From contig JBHGNT010000004.1 of the NCBI GenBank assembly GCA_043228905.1, positions 9,672,001 through 9,736,000 on the forward strand: a DNA stretch of 64,000 bases, in the 5' to 3' direction. The notes under the pieces are model-generated. The model did not search any database, was not told the origin of the DNA, and saw only the letters and a program-made list of their open reading frames with translations. A program made the translations under genes and the position numbers. Positions 51,905 through 61,489 of this stretch are shown here, in pieces (positions within the stretch are counted from its first letter, which is position 1; each line of letters starts with the position of its first letter). The stretch comes from Azolla caroliniana. Taxonomy: Eukaryota > Plantae > Polypodiophyta.

Positions 51905-54712
51905 AATGGTAAGTCTATTGTTTCCTATCTTGGAGGTGCAAAGTTTGAGTTTTGCTTACAACTTTTTCTTTTATGCACAAAATACTATTAGGCTTTTGGA
52001 CCAAATATCTTTAAGACACCATGCACCGCGATCAACTGACCCGACCAATCCGTCCGATTTACATCTGTTTGGTCCGGCCCAGTCCACATCCTGATTTCAT
52101 TTGGTCCTCATCCCTAGTCGCTTGCCGGTAACCGGCCGGTCACTACTTGTCGATCGCCAGTTGCCGCCGGTTTTGGTTGGCTAAAATCTTTTACAAGTAG
52201 CTAGGCCACACCTACTTATCCAACTAGCTTAGTTCAAGTCACCTTGAACTCTCTATGCTCCACACATAAACACAAAGATGATAGCTTTTGCTTTGCCTTA
52301 TATATGGCGAGATCCTTATTTGTCCTATCTATGTGGGATATCTCACAGTTTTATCTTTCTCTTTTCCTTTGCAAACTTCCTACCCACATAACTTGAGACT
52401 TAGATGTCTGTTTCTTATGTAGTAAAGTGCATTCGAAAGCTCTTAAAGACCTCCATCTTTTTGTACTAAGATATTAAACTATTTTAAATAGTATTTTGAC
52501 TATTATTGTTTTATATGATTCATACTTGATTTCGTATGTTTTATGCGATTTTCACACCATTGCAGAAAATCTTCACGACACTAGAAATATCATAGAAGAG
52601 TCAGAGCCTTTTAATATTGTCCTAGATAGTTTAGCGTGTGTAGTATCATTTAATATAATTAGTATCCCAGAACATCCCATTATTTTGGGATTACCATGGT
52701 TCGAATTACATAACCCAAACATAGATTGGAGAACAAGAGAAATCCGGTATCGACAACCCCGAGGATCTACTCATAAGATTGCAACCATTTCGTTACATCA
52801 GTTGCGTGAGGAAGGACGCAAGGAAGAAATGTTTCTCTTCACAGTATTAGTAAAACCCTCCAACACCACTAAACAGGAGTCTAGCGTTCAACTTCCAGAG
52901 AAGTATCGTCATTATGCCGAGGTGTTCAATAAAGTACAAGCCAATATGCTTCCTCACTATCAACCGTATGATTGCCCCATCGATTTACAACCGGGAAAAG
53001 AGCCACCATGGGGACCGATCTACAATTTTTCACCAATCGAGCTAGATGTCCTTCGAGCCGATATAGAGAAGAATTTGGCAAATGGTTTCATTCGACATTC
53101 AAAATCTTCATCCGACGCACCCATTTTCTTCGTCAAGAAAAAGGATGGATCACTTCGTCTCGTCGTAGATTATCGTGGCTTAAATCCTAGGACCAGCACG
53201 ACTACAAGTAACACAGGTCTTCGGAATGCCCTTGGATTCCCACGTTATCTATACCATACGTGAGGACTTGAAGACAGATGCTTTCTCCCAAGCCACTCTA
53301 GCACAGTCTCGACCATCTTGTTCACAGTCGCAACAACCAGGTACAGATTATCGACAATTCGAATGTCATGAAGGATTACTATTCTTTACGAAACTGTTGT
53401 ATGTTCCTAATGGTTCTTGTCGCCTTCGAGTAGTCCAAAACTGTCATGACACATATACATATGGGTATTTTGGTAGTACTAAAACATTAGATGTAGTACA
53501 ATGATCATTCTAGTGGCCCCATATGCGACAATTTGTCGAAGATTTTGTTCGGACTTGTGATAAATGTTGCAAAGAAAAAATGCCAAGGCATCATCCATAT
53601 GGTTTATTAGAACCATTACCAATTCCAAGCAAGTCGTGGCAATCCATTGCCGTAGATTTCATCACAGATCTTCCGGGGTCTAAGGGATTCGATGCTATAT
53701 TAACAATAGTAGATCGATATACGAAGATGGCCCATTTTTTGTCATGTACTAAGGAAATCTCTAGTGAGGAAACCATCGAAACTGTCATGCGTGAAGTATG
53801 TCAGCATCATGGCCTTCCCGATAGTATCATCAACGACTATGGACCCCAGTTCTTCTCGATCTTTTGGAAGCACCTCTTTAAAATGCTCAAGATCACTTGT
53901 AAGCTCTCCTCCGACTACCACCCGCAAACAAACGGCCAAGCAGAATGAATAAATCAAACGATGGAACAGTATCTTCGATGCTTTCTAAGCTATCATCAAG
54001 ATGACTGGGCAGATATTCTCCACTTCACTGAATTTGCGTATAATAACTCTGTCCACTCATCAACAAAGGTTACACCTTATACGGGTTGTCACCCTCGGTG
54101 GTGTGTATTTGAAACCCCAGAGTTATCCACAAATCCTTGCGCAGAGGATCGTTTGGAGCAGTTACGCAAGATAAAAGCGAATTTATCTACTCATCTATAG
54201 CAAGCTCAACAAACACACAAGGTTTACACGGATCGTCATTGGCTTCCATCCAGTTTTAACATTGGAGATCAGGTATGGCTACTTCAACGACACATCAAGA
54301 CTACTTGCCCATGCGAGAAGTTGGATTATCGGCAATTAGGTCCTTTCCGTATTAAACACGTTCGCGTTCACAAGTGGAAGGATCGCGCATAAATGGAAGG
54401 AGAAGGGAAATTTTAGGGGTTTTTCAATGATTTTACAAAACACATTGATACCAGTATCATACAAGTTCAAACATACTATGAAAAAGGTTAAAAATCCACT
54501 ATTTTCGTGATTTAGAAGTAACTAAAAAAAGACGAATTTCAAAAACATACATTCTCAATTTATATCACAAACTTTACAACCAATGTTATTTTATAAGAAA
54601 CGATTTTTGGGAAATCATAAGAATTCAAAACACATGATTTTATATTACTCGATTTGTTACAAGCGGAATGTAGTTACACTTAATAGCCAAATATACATTC
54701 ATGATCACTCCT

Positions 54713-57471
54713 TTACGGAGCATCACTACTATAACTAATATACAATGACGATTCCTCCTCATCATCCTCGGATGTACCAATCAGTGCATTATCTTCGTCA
54801 TAAACCAAATGGTTTGACTCTAGATTATATGTAGCAGATCTCGTTTGCCTTTGACTCGAGCCACCTTGTAGACCTGGTAATTTTTCTTTTATTATATCTA
54901 TTGTTGACTTCCTTAATCGTCTGGCTTTTGTAAGTGTGAAGTCGTACACGATGATATCCACATCAGAGATATCAAGGGTCGAGGTGTTACGAATGTTTCG
55001 CTTCCTCTTCCTACCTCCCCTTCTTGTTTGGCATTCAATCATCTCCAATGTATACTTACCTGTAAAAGCATTTGCACTTCTAGTGTTGTACCAATGAACA
55101 TTTATAGACTTGATCGTGTTATCTATTTCATGCATTAGCACTTCTAGAATTTTACCAACCCAAAATTGGTGGCCATGTGAGTTCTCATCAGCCGGCGTTG
55201 CAATCAACATCCCCGCGGTGAGCTCTTGCAAATTTCCTTGCCATCTAGCTTCAGCTGCTTTGGTCATCCTTGGTCCCACATAAATGTCTCTTTGTTGTGG
55301 ATGGACCAAGCTGTCATTAATCGCATTTACTAGTCGCTCCGGACTTCTATTTACGCGATCATGTTGCAGCGACCATGTGAATGGCGTTTCCAAATTCCAA
55401 TTATCAACAGATACACAATTGTCTATAATTTCTTTCTGATCACTATAAAATACATCCCACCATGACGTGTCTTGTTGTGCGGCATATTTCTTGGCGGCCT
55501 CAATATGTTTTCTTTTTTCTTCTAAGGCTTGGAGCCATGACCGTTTTTGTTCTAATACCAAGTCGCTCTACAACTGTCCTTTCTTCTCAATTGGCATTTG
55601 CTTAGCTCCATGGACAATTGTACTCGGCATACAAAGTAATAACTGGCAACCACCTTCAGGTTCCCATGTTGTAGAAGATGAATATTGTTTAGCATACAAA
55701 AGTGTAGAACCACTTATTCCATTTTTCTTTATCAAAAAAATGTGATTGAAACTTATATTGTTTAACTGAGCAAGCACTTTAACATTCCCACCACCCCCAT
55801 CTAATATATATCTCTTAAAGTCATATACCTCCTTCAAGTGTAACACTTTTGGGCGTGGTGTATATGCATCACAAATGACATCAAATAGTTTAGGTAAAGT
55901 GAAAGCATCATGCCGAGACAACTGTCTGGAGAATGTGCTAAACATCTGATCTATATGGTCATGTGTGTGGCCAACCAAAAGGAAATTGACTTTCACTTTC
56001 CTAAACAATTCTAGGTTGACCAACATACTTAGATAGCCAAATACAGTTGAATTTTTGTTCTCTCTAGCAGTATTGTCCAATTGAATGTATAGAACAGGGG
56101 GGAAAGGTTGTCCCCAAGACATCAAAACTCGGTGAATCACTGTAACTGTTAGGTTAGGGTCATTGTGAACATTGGGGTAAGTAATGAAGACGTGAGGTCG
56201 AACAGACCTATTATAAGCCAAGCATCCCACCAAGTGCATTTGAACAAGGCACTCATCATTGACATCTTTGGGGAGCCTCCGCATATGCGGCAAGCATGTC
56301 TTCTTCTGGTCCATGCCATCTATCATTAAGCACATGTATTGTTCAGGCCTCTTCAAACACTTCTCTCTATGATGCATCGCCTTCCTTCGTTCTAAGGATT
56401 GTGCCTCACGATGCTCTTGTAGTAACTTCTTACTCGTATCCTTTTCCATTGATGTCTTTGCACCTTTAGCCAAACTTTTAAGATTTGCACAAATGGAGCA
56501 ATAACCCATACGTACTTTACGAGGAATAATAACATTTGAAAACCGAGCTCTCCATAATCTTGTGAATTGGCTATAGGTGATAGACTTATTACGTGAGCCC
56601 AGCATTTCAGATCGATAGACATCATAAACTTCCCGACGGGTATAATTATCAGAAAGATGCATCCTACCTGTAGTGGGCATTACTTCACAATTTAACTGAA
56701 AGTAAGTTTTCATCCAGCCAATAGCTAGTCTTCCAATTGCACCTTTCATACTTGGAACCTCTTTACAATTGAGCATCTGATCCCCGCTAAGTAGACGTTG
56801 TTGTACTCTATGTAGCCGCATGTTACTAACACATAACACAATTTTGAATGCAACTCTACATATCTGTTGCGCATGGAAGATATAATACTCGAATGATACT
56901 TTGATCCCCGTACATTTGTCAGATACTAGTTGCATATGTGATCCGAGGTGTCTTGCTCATCACCGGTCATCGAAAAATAGTATCGCCTTAATTCGCGCAA
57001 CTTTGATTTTCCAATCATAGACATACAACCACGGGCACAACATATTTTGTTGACATCAAATCCAATCTGTTTATCTGATGTCACCAAGCTAAATCTAGCC
57101 AGACGAATTCTTCGTGGGATTCTTCTAATATGCATAGGGCTCCCAGATTTCTCTTCCTGCATAGAGGTTGGTGTAACCTTGTTACAGTCTAATTCAATGT
57201 TATTCAATGTTTCCTGGGCACTTCCTTCATTCCCGGTATCTTTATTAATATCGTATTCTTCAATAGAGAACTCTTCACATGTGTCATTATTTGCATTCCC
57301 TGTAGATGAGCTCAGACAATATTCTTCGATAGAATATGGTGAGTCGGTCGAAAGACAATATTCTTCAATCGAATATGGTGACTCTGTTGATAAACAATAC
57401 TCTTCAGTAGAAAACGATGGGTCTGATGACAAACAATATTCTTCAATCGAGAACGGTGAATCTTCACTCAT
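54713..57471 (-). pseudogene. DDD-type transposase (Sola/DUF7869-like), ~900 aa, with one frameshift (~56935) and one in-frame stop (55568)
   Basis: IDGMDQ...QLDNTARENKN...FLLVGHTHDHIDQMFS; CSIC..H zinc motif; Cys-rich N-terminus; ORFs 55568-56935 and 54713-55561 share a frame. Confidence 0.75.
57315..57465 (-). repeat. Four 39-bp coding tandem repeats (SPYSIEEYCLSTD)
   Basis: Visible in the 181-aa ORF. Confidence 0.9.
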
Positions 57472-58178
57472 GGCTTAAGGTCTAGATAGGGCTCTCTAAG
57501 TTATACTCCTCTCTAACCATATACTCCTCCCTAAACATAAACTTCTCTCTAAACAAAAGCCAAATCAATAGAATGTCTATATTATGTAATATTCTATTAA
57601 AATACAATACATCTAAAAATTATTTTTAATAAAGTAATTTAACTTAAATTATCAATCATTATATAAACTAGATCTAAATGATGTTAAATCAAGTAAAATA
57701 TAAAACTAATCATTAACAAGCCTTGAATATGTTGGATTAATGTTAAAATCATTGGCTAATTAATGACACCCATTTTGATATAGAACGTCTCACTCATTGA
57801 TTCTTTAATGCTCACCATTTTAAATATTAGACTTATCAATCATTGGTTAATTCATGCCCACATCTTTAATACATAACTATTGAGAGTCATAAAATTTTTT
57901 GCTTTTAGTAATCAATCATTGGTACATTCATGAACCTCTATCATTGTCTCCTTCATAACCTTTGAAGTGATTGTAGGTTGTTATGAGTATAAAAGATTGA
58001 TCAATATGTTAGTTTGACATTGTAATCATTAATACAATCATAAGTTACTATAGTTAATGTGACTATGGTTACAAACTAACTATCCTCAAAGTTACCAACA
58101 TTGGTTAAGATGACTATGGTTACTTTAACCATGGGTTCAATCCCTATAAATAGGAAGACCTCATCATATTTCACTCAC

Positions 58179-58246
58179 CAGAGCGTACAGAGCGTACAGA
58201 GCACTCAGAGCACACAGAGCACACAGAGCACTCAAGGCACAAAGCA
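58179..58246 (+). repeat. 9-bp tandem repeat (CAGAGCRYW) in the predicted 5' UTR, downstream of TATA box 58145-58152
   Basis: Direct reading. Confidence 0.8.
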
Positions 58247-58285
58247 CGAAAGCGCGATCTCCGCCTCCACACAACACGATCAACC

Positions 58286-60796
58286 ATGTCTTCCAAGAGA
58301 GTCGAGCGCGAGGAGTCCAGGTAGGCCTCTGACACTGTGGACATTTTTGTAAATATGTTTCGTTTCCCAAGAACTCGATACGGCGTATCGAGTTCATGTA
58401 TACAATACAAATATTTATACACGAACTCGATACGGCGTATCGAGTTCGTGTGTAAATATTTGTATTGTATACATGAACTCGATACGGCGTATCGAGTTCT
58501 CGATACGCCGTATCGAGTTCGTGTTTAAAGTGTAGCCTTTGAGAGAGAAAAATCGTTTACGGGGTGGAAATGTTATCAAATTGACTGTCAAAATCAGTCT
58601 TTTTATGTTGAGTTTACTTACTTCTAAACAAATACATGCTCTAATTATAGGTGTTTTTTGACCTACTTTAGCTTAAAATAGTAGAAAATGATCTACAAAT
58701 TGCATTCACTATGGCAAATTCTCATCAATATAGGTTTAGAATCTATATAAGTCATACCTACTATTTAAAAGAATATATAACCCGTTTTAGTTATTACGAT
58801 ATATATTTTCTAGGTTGAATAGCCCTGCCTAGAATAGATTTTTGAATATGTTACTGCTCCTAGAAACTGTTCTTCATTATAATAACAACTTCAATCTACG
58901 TAACTGTCTAACTTATGGCAAATGCATATACTTTCTTAAATAGGTCGTTTGAGAATCTGTCAGACCGACCCGTGAAGAAAATTAAGCTTCGCATACAAGG
59001 TTCTCCAATCGAAGCCCAGACCAAGGTAACTCCGGAGACCATGAAGAGAGGAAAAAAGCTTCTCTTTAACGAAGAGACAAAATCTCAGCCCCATAGTGAT
59101 GTAAGCCAAAAGAAAATTGTCGCCGCTACTAGAGGCGAAGACCTTCCTGACCGAGATCTAACGGACAAGGAATGGTGTATGCAATATGTCGACTCAAAGA
59201 AAAAAGTCGTATTGTATACAGCAAAGAAGAAGGGTGAGGGGCAGCTAGGAAAAGAAACTCCATTTATGTATGGCCGAATTCTACGATTTGACTACGAAGA
59301 TGCAGATTCGGCCAACATACTGGTAATGATAGACTGCTCCAAGGGGGTACGCAAAGTGTTCCTTTCAGAAGATCTTTTAGTAAAGGAATCTTGTGGGCCT
59401 GAAGTGTTCCAAAAAGCACTTGATAACTCACAAAACCTGATTGTTACCTTGAGGCCTTATATACAAGGCCATGTAACTCTACGAGATGAAGAGCCCTCCC
59501 ACTTGAAGGCCACTAAAAAGGTATCCAAAGTCCAGTCAAGACCAGCCAAGAAGAAGACAACGAAAATGTCGGATACGGATTCGACAAGTGAAAATGAAGA
59601 AGAGGATAATAAGGGGACGCCAGAAGCCGAGCTGGCCTCGGGTGTTTTGTCATCCGAGCAGAATAAAATAAGAAGAGAGTTAATGCAACGGAAGCTGGTC
59701 AGGAAAGGGCAAGTATTTAATTTGCCTATAACACACATCCATCGGCCCCCTATTGATGAAAAAACAGGTCGAAGACCACTTGAGATTAGAGAGCCTCATC
59801 GCATGCATGTTCAAAATCTCAAGAAAAAAATGAAAATTAATCCTCATGCCACAGTGGTGCCTTTTATTGTTATGGTGGATCCTGAAGAATGTGAAACCAT
59901 TGAAGATTTTGATATCAGAAAGCATGATCAATATAATTATTTTGTCATTGGTGGATCGCATTCAGCAGAGGCACGTCGACAACTTGTAAGAGAACATCCA
60001 ACCACTTTCTTCTTCAAGTATGCCGAGTGCAAAATATATGTTGGGCTCACAACCGAAGAGGCTAAGCTGTTGGCATGGGACCATAATAATGATAATGACT
60101 ATAGGCAGAAAATGTCGTCTATTGAGCGTATCCGGTTCTTCCACCACGAGTATTTAGATGTGAAACAAAAGTTTGGTGTGAAGTTACATCCAGGCCTTCG
60201 ACGTCAATGTCTGCATGAAGTCGGCATTGTGGTAGATGATAATGTTAGGTCCGATGGTCTTCGAAAGTATGAATCTTGGTTTCAATTGGCGTTTAGAGAT
60301 GGAGAAGTATGGGACCTCCAAGATCAAATCTTCTCAATGTGGGAGAATAAGGAGGTAAAGGGTCAACGACAAAAGAAATGTAGGGTTGACCCTCAACTAG
60401 AATTAAAGTCACAAGCCGCCAAGAAAATTGACTTGACAATTGAAGAAGCGGCAGACGACATGAAGCTGTCTCTATGGAGAGCGATGCAAGGTATTAAGGA
60501 CGAGCAGCTTCTTGTGTCCGTTTGGTCAAGGGTTGTGGCGAAAGATTTAAGCCTTGAAGAAATGGTCACCGAGTTCAATAAGTAAGTCTTTCAAATACTG
60601 AAATTGTAGTCTATCTGGTGTAATTCAAAGTTCTAATCTTGATTTCTAATTTTACAGTCATAAGGTGTACATGAAGATCCAAGAAGTAATGATGAAACAA
60701 CTTGGATGTATAACTTGGGAACAAGTGACCGAGGATTATCCTCTAACGTCTTCGTATAAGGCGTTATCAGAGTATTTTATTGCATTCAAGGATTGG
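58286..60796 (+). CDS. Spliced gene for a ParB/Srx-like domain protein; exons 58286-58320, 58944-60581, 60658-60796; continues into gap
   Basis: GT-AG introns (CAG/GTAGG, TAG/G, AA/GTAAGT, TTTACAG/) join in frame; IREPHRMHVQNL...YFVIGGSHSAEARRQL...IYVGLTTEEAKLLAWDHN resembles a ParB N-terminal fold. Confidence 0.72.
58371..58520. repeat. 129-bp near-perfect palindrome made of three 25-bp palindromes GAACTCGATACG-G-CGTATCGAGTTC plus a partial fourth
   Basis: Units at 58371, 58423, 58475 and 58499 (partial); the two spacers are reverse complements with 1 mismatch. Confidence 0.95.
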
Positions 60797-60888
60797 GTTA
60801 GTATTGATATTTTTTCATTACCCTTTCATCATATGTAGGGGTTGTATAATAATACCTGATGTCCTATTGCTTCTATTAGAAACCGTGT

Positions 60889-60988
60889 NNNNNNNNNNNN
60901 NNNNNNNNNNNNNNNNNNNNNNNNNNNNNNNNNNNNNNNNNNNNNNNNNNNNNNNNNNNNNNNNNNNNNNNNNNNNNNNNNNNNNNNN
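60889..60988. other. Assembly gap (100 N)
   Basis: N run. Confidence 1.
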
Positions 60989-61455
60989 ACGTCCCTTTTG
61001 CTCTTCGTAACCATATGACTCTCGTAAAGCTTCTTTGAAGGACACCCACGAATCGTGAGTTTTTTGAATCTCTTTAATCTCTTCGAAGATTGGTTCGGCC
61101 ACCACTCGACAAAAGTACTCCAGCCTCATTGCTTCCTCCACTCCTCTTGAATCCGTTTCGGCATTGTAGGCCTTTAGAAATTTTTGGACTTTGCCTCCAT
61201 CGAAAAACCCGACTCGCTTGATCATGCTTTCGACGGCTTGTTGGGCCGCATGTCGTGTTTTCCCTTCTCTTGAAAACTACATCATCATCTTTGACATTGC
61301 CTTCATTAGATATTACTCGTCCAGCTTCATCCTCCCCTACCGCTCTTCACGTCAGGTTCACCAAAAATGTCGCGAAGATGCGCGTGCGAGCGTGCTTCGC
61401 TTAAGCAGGACCACCGGGGTCTTGGACCAAGGAGGATGTCCGTCAAGGTATTGAG
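60989..61455 (-). mobile_element. Trp-primed gag-only element fragment (U5, PBS 61347-61363, gag start)
   Basis: Inverted copy of 61797-62262. Confidence 0.85.
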
Positions 61456-61489
61456 TACATCACGACAGGGCCGGTCGCAAAGATGACAA

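Larger units (their letters stand above)
27065..52580 (-). mobile_element. tRNA-Trp-primed gag-only element with long LTR: 3' LTR 27065-~27915 (truncated), internal 30226-31741, 5' LTR 31750-31847 plus 50768-52580; hosts several nested elements
   Basis: PBS at 31725-31741; termini TGTCGTGAAGAT/ATCTTCACGACA form a 12-bp inverted repeat; 4-bp TSD CCGG/CTAG (deaminated); gag FDGRNITKVLDAY. Confidence 0.8.
25063..54355 (+). mobile_element. Tcn1-like element 2, split: 5' LTR 25063-25541, gag and protease to 27064; resumes at 52581 (protease, RT start, deletion, integrase)
   Basis: Protease frame ...RPIASG/NIIEESEP is rejoined across 27064/52585, matching the uninterrupted paralogue at 28111-28530. 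Confidence 0.85.
54357..60888. mobile_element. Putative two-gene DNA transposon (transposase plus ParB-like gene); right end lost in assembly gap
   Basis: Abruptly truncates the integrase frame (GPFRI) at ~54355; no TIR pair or TSD can be verified. Confidence 0.6.

Noticed and set aside
58915-58943. ORF-track start MANAYTFLN for the ParB-like protein
   Set aside because: More likely the 3' end of intron 1; an upstream exon with TATA box, ACCATG context and an in-frame GT donor exists
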